DNA from: a virus
Strand: one strand, 5' to 3'
Length of the DNA stretch: 64,000 nt
IMG/VR virus record: IMGVR_UViG_3300043773_002546
Span: 96,001-160,000 of that record
Under the pieces are notes generated by a model. That model ran no database searches. It had not been told where the DNA came from and saw only the letters and a program-made list of their open reading frames with translations. Numbering within the stretch: position 1 is the first letter of the stretch; each line of letters starts with the position of its first letter. The position numbers and the translations under genes were made by a program. Below are positions 1 through 7,515 of the stretch, piece after piece.

Positions 1-2
1 AC

Positions 3-422
3 CGGCATGACCCGATAAATAAAGAAGCCGACAAAGGGCGTTCGTTTTTGCTTCGGCTGCCCATCAATCAAATTTGGGCGCAGTTCTTGTACATACAGGA
101 CGTAGCGGCGCACACTGCCGCGGCGTGCCTGAACTGGCCGCTTGAGCGTTTGCTGGAAACATGCGGTGGCCCTGAAGAGTGGGCGAAGCACTCCGGGCGC
201 AAGCCAATCAAGCTCCATGTAAACGACATCTGGAACGGCCGCGAAAGTCAAGAACGACGGCCGGAAGATCCGACAGTAGAAGAGATCGAATCCCGTAAGC
301 GCGAAGTTCACGCGATGTGGGACAGCAATAACAGCAGCATGCGCGGCGGCGTGCCCAAGGAGCCGCAACGCGTAGAGGTCCGGGAATACGTCTACGACAA
401 CCGGAACGGCACTTTTACGTAA
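3..422 (+). CDS. hypothetical protein, 5' partial (frame open from window start)
   Basis: Frame of ORF 48..422 has no stop back to position 3; contains a DPTVEEIESRKREVHAMW motif. Confidence 0.7.
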   Translation, partial: RHDPINKEADKGRSFLLRLPINQIWAQFLYIQDVAAHTAAACLNWPLERLLETCGGPEEWAKHSGRKPIKLHVNDIWNGRESQERRPEDPTVEEIESRKREVHAMWDSNNSSMRGGVPKEPQRVEVREYVYDNRNGTFT

Positions 423-489
423 ACAGGGCGTTGCTGGGGGCAGCGCCTTGCAGGAGGGTTGATTTGTGTTCTTTCCAAGGAGGGGGGAG

Positions 490-768
490 ATGAGTCTGAT
501 TCTTGCGATTCTGTCGCTGCTTACGGCGCTGTTGCCAATTGCCGACAGGAGTATCCAAGGTTACCAGCACTACCAGCAAGGCAAGCAGGCCGCACCTGCC
601 GAAGCCGTGCGGGCAGCGCTTCAGCCGGTCGTACCGCCCGAGGCAGGCCAGGCCAATGTCGTGTTCTACAACGGTGAGTGGTGGAAATACGAGAATGGCG
701 CCTGGCTTGTCTGGCGGCCCAATCGGCAGTACATGGCCCAAGGAGGGGTTTCCAATGTTTCTCGTTAA
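490..768 (+). CDS. small secreted/membrane-anchored hypothetical protein
   Basis: SD AAGGAG 477-482, ATG 490, hydrophobic N-terminus MSLILAILSLLTALLP. Confidence 0.75.
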   Translation: MSLILAILSLLTALLPIADRSIQGYQHYQQGKQAAPAEAVRAALQPVVPPEAGQANVVFYNGEWWKYENGAWLVWRPNRQYMAQGGVSNVSR

Positions 769-952
769 GAACAGCATCGTGTGCGGAGCAGGCGCGATTG
801 GCGGCGTGTTCGGCTACGTCTCGGCACCAACCGAGCTGTGGGCGCTCGCCGCTGCTTTTGGCTGCATGCTGGCGTGTGCCAGCGTGGCCGACTTTTTGAC
901 GCTTCAGCTGGAGGAAGACGAGGATGAAGACGATACTCGCGAGTCAGTTTGA
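755..952 (+). CDS. small membrane protein (2 hydrophobic segments, acidic tail)
   Basis: SD AAGGAG 740-745, ATG 755, in frame with ORF 503..952. Confidence 0.7.
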   Translation: MFLVKNSIVCGAGAIGGVFGYVSAPTELWALAAAFGCMLACASVADFLTLQLEEDEDEDDTRESV

Positions 953-1313
953 GCGATGCAAAACGGCGCTGATTCGGCTCGAGAACTTGGTGCCCGAGGA
1001 CGCGACCGGTGAGACTACCGTGCCGATCGCCGTACACGAGATCGACGACTTGGACGTGTTTGTACAAAACGCCCAGCTCGAAATCGATTCGCGGCGGTCA
1101 ATGATTGACGAGACGGTCAAAGCTATCCGTGGCGGCGACGTCATGGTGACGCCCGAGGAGCTGCGTACGATATCGCTGGCGACGGCCTTTTTGAAGGACG
1201 CGCTGGACTACATCGACGCAGGAATGACATGCCGAGAGACGGTTCTGGACGCTCAGCGGCGTATTTTGCGGGCGCTCGAGTCCATCAACGCCAGGGACAC
1301 ATCTTGGCACTAG
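924..1313 (+). CDS. hypothetical protein
   Basis: ORF with typical codon usage, overlaps previous stop. Confidence 0.75.
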   Translation: MKTILASQFERCKTALIRLENLVPEDATGETTVPIAVHEIDDLDVFVQNAQLEIDSRRSMIDETVKAIRGGDVMVTPEELRTISLATAFLKDALDYIDAGMTCRETVLDAQRRILRALESINARDTSWH

Positions 1314-1326
1314 AAAGGAGTCGAGC

Positions 1327-1959
1327 ATGCAGGTTTATCAGGGCCGGTACCACCACTGGTTTCAACCGTATCGCTGGCTGAAAGACTGGGCGATGTGGTG
1401 GAACGGCGTTCACGGCGAAAAGGATAAGTTCGACCTTGGGCGTTACGAGGCTGTCGAAAAACGGATTCGTGACAATCGGTTTGCGCGTTGGCTGCGTGAC
1501 GTCGAACATTTCGTCGACGCGCGGCACACCCGCAAGATCAGGGTAAAGATCGACTACTGGGATGTGTGGGGCGCGGACCACACCTTGGCGGTGATCATCG
1601 TGCCGCTGCTCAAGCTCCTCAAGGAGAAAAAGCAGGGCTCACCGTTTGTCGATGATGACGACGTTCCCGAGCATCTCTGTTCGACGGCTTGCCCGCCGGT
1701 TGGAGAGTACGAGACCGACGCCAATCATCATGCGCGGTGGGAATGGGTTCTGGACGAAATGATCTGGGCGATGGAGCAGGTCGCAGACGAGTCGGGCGAC
1801 GACGAGTTCTTTGACCACAGCAACGTGAACGACTCCGACTCGTTCTCCGCCCAGGTCAAGCAAATGAAGTTTGACAAAAAGGGGTACGACAAGTACCAAC
1901 ACCGGGTCGCCCGCGGCCTGAAGTTGTTCGGTAAGTACTTCCGCGCGCTTTGGGATTGA
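1327..1959 (+). CDS. conserved phage hypothetical protein
   Basis: SD AAGGAG; motif KIDYWDVWGADHTLAVIIVPLLKLLK...VDDDDVPEHL recalled from myophage hypotheticals. Confidence 0.85.
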   Translation: MQVYQGRYHHWFQPYRWLKDWAMWWNGVHGEKDKFDLGRYEAVEKRIRDNRFARWLRDVEHFVDARHTRKIRVKIDYWDVWGADHTLAVIIVPLLKLLKEKKQGSPFVDDDDVPEHLCSTACPPVGEYETDANHHARWEWVLDEMIWAMEQVADESGDDEFFDHSNVNDSDSFSAQVKQMKFDKKGYDKYQHRVARGLKLFGKYFRALWD

Positions 1960-2001
1960 TGTTTAGGGCAGTTTCGGGTTAACGCCCAACCTGCCCGCCC
2001 T

Positions 2002-2072
2002 GGGACTGTAGCTCGACGGTCGAGCAGGGGACTTTTAATCCCTCGGTCTGGGTTCGATTCCCAGCGGTCCCA
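2002..2072 (+). tRNA. trnK: tRNA-Lys(UUU)
   Basis: GGGACTG/CGGTCCC acceptor, GCTC/GAGC D-stem, GGGGA-CTTTTAA-TCCCT anticodon arm, CTGGG-TTCGATT-CCCAG T-arm; CCA not encoded. Confidence 0.95.
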
Positions 2073-2115
2073 TGCCGTAATGGTTTACGGTTGTCCCTGT
2101 TTCAAGGAGGATTGT

Positions 2116-2418
2116 ATGAAGTACGTTCTGTTTGTTCTGCTCGCCCTGGTTGCCTGTGCCGCCCAAGCCCAGCAGCCTGTCCGGACCTACACCAGCATGC
2201 CCTGCAACGCCACTGCGCAAGGCGTTGCCGAGCTGTGCGCCCGCAATCGAGTGCTCAAGCACTGGGGCGGGAACCGAGGCTTGGAGGGCGTCGGGTCGGG
2301 CAGCACGCCGGAACAGGCGCTGCGCAACTGCTGCTACTCCAATAGCGGCAGGCAGGTGGTCGACCAGGGTGTCGCCTTTGGCGGCGGCCGGTGGTTCGCC
2401 TGCAAGCGTTATCGCTAG
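2116..2418 (+). CDS. secreted Cys-containing protein, CAP-like fragment
   Basis: SD AAGGAG 2104-2109; signal peptide MKYVLFVLLALVACAAQA; AQGVAE..HWGG..EGVG..CCY motif. Confidence 0.8.
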   Translation: MKYVLFVLLALVACAAQAQQPVRTYTSMPCNATAQGVAELCARNRVLKHWGGNRGLEGVGSGSTPEQALRNCCYSNSGRQVVDQGVAFGGGRWFACKRYR

Positions 2419-2431
2419 AATGCGTTTAACA

Positions 2432-2540
2432 CACCGGGCGCACCGCTCGCCGCAAGGCTGACGTGCATCAAGGCCCGGTTCGCAAACCCGCGGGGCGCCG
2501 TGCTGGGGAACCCGGTGCGAGCTCACTTCCGCGGGTCGTT
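2432..2540 (+). ncRNA. candidate structured non-coding RNA
   Basis: Intergenic; stems ACCGGGC/GCCCGGT, GCC-GCAA-GGC, ACCCGCGG/CCGCGGGT, CGTGCTGGG-GAA-CCCGGTGCG; followed by terminator. Confidence 0.35.
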
Positions 2541-2542
2541 TG

Positions 2543-2588
2543 GGGCGGGCGCTGGGGAAAACTTCCTGGCGCCCGCCCTTTTCTTTTC
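2543..2588 (+). terminator. intrinsic terminator
   Basis: GGGCGGGCGC(2543-2552)/GCGCCCGCCC(2569-2578) stem extended by wobble pairs, then TTTTCTTTT. Confidence 0.8.
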
Positions 2589-2603
2589 TCTGGAGCGCGC
2601 ACA

Positions 2604-2942
2604 ATGCGTTATGCCGACGCTCGGTGCACCTACACCGAGACCTACACGCCGGAGCACACCTACACGTTCACCGGCCCCTGTGCGATCACGGGCAAGCCCT
2701 ACAGCGTGACGGTGCCCGCCGCCGGTCTCTTTGCCTATCGCCAGGGCGCCTATATCCAAGACGCCTTTCCCGATCTGCCTGCGGGCGACCGGGAGTTTCT
2801 CATGTCGGGTATTTCTCCCGAGGCGTTTGATTCCATGTTCGGTAACCCTTTCGAGGACGACGACGATGGCGACGATGACGAAACTGGACCGGGAACAGGC
2901 GATACAGTTGGCGAAGACCACGCCGAGACCACTGGAACCTAG
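2604..2942 (+). CDS. conserved phage hypothetical protein
   Basis: SD GGAG, ATG 2604; motif GAYIQDAFPDL..GDREFLMSGI. Confidence 0.75.
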   Translation: MRYADARCTYTETYTPEHTYTFTGPCAITGKPYSVTVPAAGLFAYRQGAYIQDAFPDLPAGDREFLMSGISPEAFDSMFGNPFEDDDDGDDDETGPGTGDTVGEDHAETTGT

Positions 2943-3171
2943 GATCCCGACTGGTCCTCACGACTACGGTGACGAGCTGACCGTGGGCCTGCAGATGAAG
3001 CGCAACAGCTATAAGCTGGGCAACGGTATCGGCGAAGACGACTTCGGCATGTTCGTGGGCAAGACCGAGCAAGGCTACGCCATTCTGACGTGGGGACTGT
3101 TCTACAACCCCACGGGCGCCGAGGTGTTCTCGACGCTGGACGACATGAAGGCCGAGTGGAGGCTGGACTGA
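2875..3171 (+). CDS. hypothetical protein
   Basis: ATG 2875 in frame with ORF 2731..3171; stop overlaps next start. Confidence 0.65.
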   Translation: MTKLDREQAIQLAKTTPRPLEPRIPTGPHDYGDELTVGLQMKRNSYKLGNGIGEDDFGMFVGKTEQGYAILTWGLFYNPTGAEVFSTLDDMKAEWRLD

Positions 3172-3470
3172 TGCTTCTGGAAAACAGCAATCTGACGTTT
3201 GACGGCGAGTACGCGGAGATCCCCGACTATATGCGTGAGCCGCTGCTGGCTTACGTCAACACGGGGCGGAGCAGCCGGTTCGATTTCCTGCGCGCCGTGG
3301 TGAGCAATGACCTGTTCAACTCCGTGGGTCGCGCCGACAAGACAAACCTGGCCCTGCTTCCGCTCTACGTCCGCTGGCTCTACAACAGGGCGCCTATCGG
3401 TTGCTATGGTTCGCCGGAGGCCGTGGCGGCTTGGATCAAAAAGGGCGGCCTCGAGGGAGAACGCGCATGA
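3171..3470 (+). CDS. conserved phage hypothetical protein
   Basis: TGATG coupling; motif FLRAVVSNDL..RAD..N..LYNRAP..CYGSPEAV. Confidence 0.85.
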   Translation: MLLENSNLTFDGEYAEIPDYMREPLLAYVNTGRSSRFDFLRAVVSNDLFNSVGRADKTNLALLPLYVRWLYNRAPIGCYGSPEAVAAWIKKGGLEGERA

Positions 3471-3970
3471 AGCCCAAGTTTCAACACGACTGTGACTGCT
3501 GCACGTTCTATGGTCACCTCTACGACCACGACGTGTACCAGTGCGGCAAGAGCCTGATCGCCCGCCACGGCAACGAGGGCGGCGAATACGCCTCGTGGCC
3601 CAAGGCCGTGTTCATCGATGTGTTGGCCAGAGAAAGTTGGGCGGAGGACAAAGCCTCGCGGGCCATCGCAGCGGCGCTTTCCTGCCAGGCACTGGGCGAC
3701 ACTCCGCGCGAGCTGCAACGCTTTGAGAACATCGGCGAGGTCAAGAACGCTGTCTATAAAGTAAAGTGGGACATGCTCTTTGGGCCGGACAAACGGGACA
3801 TCGTGCCTGATCCCGGCTGGGGCCTGGAAGCCAACACGGCTTTCAACCACTTCTACATCGCCCGCTCGCTGCTCGAGCAGGCCGAGCATCACCTGGCCAT
3901 TGCCGATGCGCATGACCGGGTGTGCTGGCAGAAGTTCCGCGAGAAACAGGAGGCGCCCAGTGGACAGTAA
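3467..3970 (+). CDS. hypothetical protein with N-terminal HDCxxC motif
   Basis: ATGA overlap; MKPKFQHDCDCCTFYGH. Confidence 0.8.
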   Translation: MKPKFQHDCDCCTFYGHLYDHDVYQCGKSLIARHGNEGGEYASWPKAVFIDVLARESWAEDKASRAIAAALSCQALGDTPRELQRFENIGEVKNAVYKVKWDMLFGPDKRDIVPDPGWGLEANTAFNHFYIARSLLEQAEHHLAIADAHDRVCWQKFREKQEAPSGQ

Positions 3971-4313
3971 CACACGCTGGTTCATTGAGGCGCTGCGTGA
4001 TGCCTGTGATCACGCGCTGGAAGACGGCATGGTGGGCGACCAGATGGGGCACATCGAAAGCATTGAAGTAACCGATTCGGGCACTTCCCGTATCTGCGAA
4101 AACAGCGGGTTTGTGCACAGTACGCCCATCATGTTGAAAGTGACCTGCTTTGGCGCATACAGCCCGACTGAATGTCGGCGGGTGTATGAAAACCAAGGCG
4201 TTATTCAAGTGGCAGATATGGTCGCGCGCTTTTTGGCAGACCGCAGTATTGGTTTGAAAACAACTCTGGAGGACCTCAAATGTCCGCAGAACAAGGAGTC
4301 AGCGACTGGGTAG
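3960..4313 (+). CDS. hypothetical protein
   Basis: GTG 3960 in frame with ORF 3780..4313. Confidence 0.65.
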   Translation: MDSNTRWFIEALRDACDHALEDGMVGDQMGHIESIEVTDSGTSRICENSGFVHSTPIMLKVTCFGAYSPTECRRVYENQGVIQVADMVARFLADRSIGLKTTLEDLKCPQNKESATG

Positions 4314-4657
4314 ACATCATCGACCAGCACCACGACGAGCACGGAGGCGATGCGCCGCTCGTGCTGCAGCCGTCGGAGGTGCACCGGCTGCGCGAAGATC
4401 TCTGCAGTGCGTACTCGTCGCTCACGTTTCGTGAGCGGCAGCTGGTAGAGCTCAGCGCGTTTGTCAAGCGGTATGACGCCGCGCTGGATCGGACGATGGT
4501 GCTGGTGGAGAGCTACAAAAAGCTCACCGCTAAGACGGCGGATATCGCGCGGATAGCGATCAGCTCCCGCCAGGACGACGGCTATACGACGCGGCCGTAC
4601 TGTCCTGCAGACCGCCCGGGCGAAGAGACCCTGGCGGAGTTCTCGCGTCGGGCATAG
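4280..4657 (+). CDS. hypothetical protein (coiled-coil)
   Basis: ORF with typical codon usage. Confidence 0.75.
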   Translation: MSAEQGVSDWVDIIDQHHDEHGGDAPLVLQPSEVHRLREDLCSAYSSLTFRERQLVELSAFVKRYDAALDRTMVLVESYKKLTAKTADIARIAISSRQDDGYTTRPYCPADRPGEETLAEFSRRA

Positions 4658-4666
4658 GAGGAGCAC

Positions 4667-4897
4667 ATGCGGCTGATGATCTACGGCATCGGAGGCGAGT
4701 TCGCCGAGCAGCTCGTGGGCTGCGCGACGGACATCACCACGGCGCTGAACCTGCTCAAGCTTCTGCGCTTGAGCGGCGCCAGCGGTTGTTCTGTTCATGG
4801 CTCGTTGGGCTACGGCACGGAGCCGTTGTCCGGCGAGCTGGGGCTGGGCGCGCTCGAGAACATGCTTCTCGACGCGCGTTGGGCTCCGGCGTGTTAA
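4667..4897 (+). CDS. hypothetical protein
   Basis: SD AGGAGG upstream. Confidence 0.7.
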   Translation: MRLMIYGIGGEFAEQLVGCATDITTALNLLKLLRLSGASGCSVHGSLGYGTEPLSGELGLGALENMLLDARWAPAC

Positions 4898-4936
4898 TTG
4901 TGTCTCATTGATATCAAACCCAAGGAGGAAACATCC

Positions 4937-5191
4937 GTGGCCAAGATGACGCTTGAACGGGCCAGCGAACTGGTGTCGGCGCTGCGGGAAATGTGCCCGC
5001 CGCCCGACACCAAGGCTCCCGAGCTGTTCGACTATTTCGTCGAGGCGCTGAACATCAGCGACGACAAGCTCGAGCAGTTCGCGGTGCTGTGCGGTTTCCA
5101 GGTTGTCACCAACGTCGAGCTGATGTTTGTGCCCTGGGAAGAGATGGGGAAGATGCTCGATTGTCCACCTGAAGAAGGGAGTCAGCAGTGA
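4937..5191 (+). CDS. hypothetical protein
   Basis: SD AAGGAGG 4922-4928, GTG 4937. Confidence 0.75.
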   Translation: MAKMTLERASELVSALREMCPPPDTKAPELFDYFVEALNISDDKLEQFAVLCGFQVVTNVELMFVPWEEMGKMLDCPPEEGSQQ

Positions 5192-5559
5192 CCAAGATCG
5201 TGATCAACACGTGTTTCGGCGGGTTTGGGCTCTCGCAGGAGGCGCAGGCCAAGCTGCACGCGCTGGGCTCTGAGTACGTCCGGGAGCTGACGCCCCTGGA
5301 GCGCGAGGAGTCGGTTTTTCATGACGACGACCAGTTCCTGCTGGCCTACGAGATTCCGCGCCATGACCCGCTGTTTGTGCAGGTGGTCGAGGAGTTGGGC
5401 TCAAGGGCCAACGGGAATTGCGCCAAGCTGGCTGTGGTCGAGATTCCGGGAACGCTCTACCGGATCAATGAGTACGACGGCCGGGAAGGAGTCGAGACGC
5501 CCGAGAAGCTCAACTGGATCGACGCCACGCAGGCGCCGGTGCCGGTAGACTGGGCGTAA
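5188..5559 (+). CDS. conserved phage hypothetical protein
   Basis: Motifs KIVINTCFGGFGLS, RHDPLFVQVVEELG, VVEIP, EYDGRE typical of a widespread phage family. Confidence 0.9.
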   Translation: MTKIVINTCFGGFGLSQEAQAKLHALGSEYVRELTPLEREESVFHDDDQFLLAYEIPRHDPLFVQVVEELGSRANGNCAKLAVVEIPGTLYRINEYDGREGVETPEKLNWIDATQAPVPVDWA

Positions 5560-5567
5560 TGTTGTTA

Positions 5568-5639
5568 GGCCCCATCGTCTAATGGTTAGGACACCGCCCT
5601 TTCACGGCGGTAATCGGGGTTCGAATCTCCGTGGGGTCA
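5568..5639 (+). tRNA. trnE: tRNA-Glu(UUC)
   Basis: GGCCCCA/TGGGGTC acceptor, CCGCC-CTTTCAC-GGCGG anticodon arm, TTCGAAT T-loop; CCA not encoded. Confidence 0.95.
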
Positions 5640-5672
5640 CTGTCGTAATAACTTTCAATCGCAGGAAAACAC

Positions 5673-5975
5673 ATGACAGTACGTGAATTGATCGAGCAAT
5701 TGTCGTCGTTGGATCCTGACAGCGTTGTTTACGCCGCTGAACTTGTCCGCCACGAGCCGTATGACGACGAAGATTCTTTGTCGGCACATGGTTTTCGTTA
5801 TTCATACAACGCCAAAAATATTGTTTGTGTGCCCGGCAAGCAGGCTGCAATTATTGGGTGCCGTGCGCTTGTCGACCTTATGCCGTCGAGTGAAGAATTG
5901 GTGCAGCAGCAGGCATTTTTCGCCGCGCTTTCTGCTAATTATGCTGCAGAAAGCACACAAGCAGATCGGTATTGA
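5673..5975 (+). CDS. hypothetical protein (lower GC)
   Basis: MTVRELIEQLSSLDPDSVV start typical of small phage proteins. Confidence 0.75.
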   Translation: MTVRELIEQLSSLDPDSVVYAAELVRHEPYDDEDSLSAHGFRYSYNAKNIVCVPGKQAAIIGCRALVDLMPSSEELVQQQAFFAALSANYAAESTQADRY

Positions 5976-5986
5976 TTTAACCATAC

Positions 5987-6335
5987 GGGGGCGAAAAGGT
6001 ATCGACGGGATGAAGAAAGTTTGGACTGCATGCCGTGGTTGATCGGTTGGCCACGTTAAAAGCCGATTACGTTTCTAGCTGGCGCTTACGCTCCCGCTCT
6101 CGCTGCCTAGTTTCTAGGTTCGCGAGTGGGGCTGCATGGGCCTCATTGCCCAATCATGCCGTGTCGTTTCGTTAAACGACTGATCTCGCCCAGAGAGAAA
6201 GGGCACGATGGTGGTAGCCCACCTGACGCCGATAATCGGCTGGCTTTGCCTGTAGTGTGAGCAACAACAGGATACGCATGTAGACGTCCTTACCAGGCAC
6301 ATCTCCGGACCCGGGTTCGATTCCCGGCGCCTCCA
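5987..6335 (+). ncRNA. ssrA: tmRNA
   Basis: 5' GGGGGCGAAAAGGTATCGAC; 3' CCGGG-TTCGATT-CCCGG CGCCTCCA with G3.U70; pk1 (CGTGG/CCACG, ATCGGT/GCCGAT); tag ORF 6078-6110 AGAYAPALAA*. Confidence 0.95.
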
Positions 6336-6406
6336 TTTGTTAGTTAGTTGGTTGGCTGGCTTGCTGGTTGGGTAATTAGTTTTTCTTTTCCTCGAAGGAG
6401 CGACAT

Positions 6407-6859
6407 ATGGCTCGTGGTTATTGGCTCGATCGTGTCGGCGGGCTCATGTACGGCGACAAGATGTACGGTGACGCCGAGTTGACCAAGGCGCAGTACGACG
6501 CCCTGTTCGCGTATGCGCCCGAGCATCGCGCGCAGGCGTTGGCGCTGCTCGCGGTCCAGGCCGAGTACGAGGAGGTTTCCAAGGCGAACACGGAAGCTGT
6601 GATCGCCGAGGTGCTGGCGCACGACGTTGCCGACAAGGCCGCGTTCGCTGCCCAGGCTGTGTTCGACGAGCACCAGGCGGCCCTCAAGGAGAACCCCGAT
6701 ACGCCCATTCCGGCGATCGAGGAAGCTCTGAAGGCTGCCCAGGAGGCCCGTGCAGCGGCCGAGGCTGCCACCCAGGTGACCGCGCCGCTGCAGGAGAAGA
6801 TGGCAGCTCTGCGGACGCAGCTGGAGGCCATGCCGCCCCAGCGGTTCATCGCGGCCTAG
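6407..6859 (+). CDS. Ala-rich helical hypothetical protein
   Basis: SD AAGGAG 6395-6400; strong GC3 bias. Confidence 0.85.
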   Translation: MARGYWLDRVGGLMYGDKMYGDAELTKAQYDALFAYAPEHRAQALALLAVQAEYEEVSKANTEAVIAEVLAHDVADKAAFAAQAVFDEHQAALKENPDTPIPAIEEALKAAQEARAAAEAATQVTAPLQEKMAALRTQLEAMPPQRFIAA

Positions 6860-6883
6860 CGCTGCGGTCTCGCGCAGATCAGT

Positions 6884-6932
6884 AGCGTATGCCCCGGGGT
6901 GCCGCCCAAGCCCCCGGGGCATACGCTTTTTT
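6884..6932 (+). terminator. intrinsic terminator
   Basis: Perfect 16-bp stem AGCGTATGCCCCGGGG/CCCCGGGGCATACGCT followed by T-tract. Confidence 0.9.
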
Positions 6933-7095
6933 CTAGCTATCAGCCCCGACTGCTCTCGCCAGGGCAGTCACTTTCTCAATGATATCAATGCGCTAAATAC
7001 TCTCTCGTTTCCGGGCATATCCAGTGAGCACCTAGATAGCTATTTCCGCGCCATGTGGCCCGAAGCTGTTCTGTGCCTGTTCTGGAGGTTTTGCC

Positions 7096-7176
7096 ATGGA
7101 AACGATGTCAACAATCGTTGCGTGCGTTCTGTTCATCGCCGTGCTGTCGGTCTGGAGTCCGCTCTGGCGCTGGTAA
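7096..7176 (+). CDS. 26-aa hydrophobic peptide (not in ORF track)
   Basis: SD GGAGG 7084-7088; METMSTIVACVLFIAVLSVWSPLWRW*. Confidence 0.5.
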   Translation: METMSTIVACVLFIAVLSVWSPLWRW

Positions 7177-7194
7177 TCGGCGGCATGCTGGCTC

Positions 7195-7245
7195 AAAAGC
7201 GCGCACTAACCCGGGGCCCACAAACCCCGGGCCTCGCGCTTTTTC
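7195..7245. terminator. long hairpin, possibly bidirectional terminator
   Basis: AAAAGCGCG/CGCGCTTTT outer stem and CCCGGGG/CCCCGGG inner stem. Confidence 0.65.
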
Positions 7246-7335
7246 TTAGCTATCAGCGCTCATTACCTGTTAACACAAATAATGTCTGCTATATGCGGTC
7301 GTCTCCCGCCTAATACCGCATAGATCGGACCCACC

Positions 7336-7446
7336 ATGACACAACCTGTTAATGCCCAGCAAGCTGCCGCTCAAGTTCTTCAAGATAAAAAACTTGCTAT
7401 GTTTGTGCGCCGCCTTAAGAAACCACGGCCAGATAAATCGCGGTAG
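7336..7446 (+). CDS. 36-aa basic peptide (not in ORF track)
   Basis: MTQPVNAQQAAAQVLQDKKLAMFVRRLKKPRPDKSR*. Confidence 0.35.
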   Translation: MTQPVNAQQAAAQVLQDKKLAMFVRRLKKPRPDKSR

Positions 7447-7515
7447 CGTTGCGCTTCGGCGGGCGATTTGCGAAAATGCGCGTGTCATCTGGCGCCCTGA
7501 GCGAAGAGGCACGCC

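Noticed and set aside
2073-2115. HDV-like (theta) ribozyme after the tRNAs
   Set aside because: Only a simple CCGTAA/TTACGG hairpin here; no nested double pseudoknot at any tRNA 3' end
7053-7313. Track ORFs 7053..7313, 7055..7249 and 7352..7708
   Set aside because: No RBS, span terminator hairpins, implausible composition; the shorter ORFs 7096 and 7336 fit better
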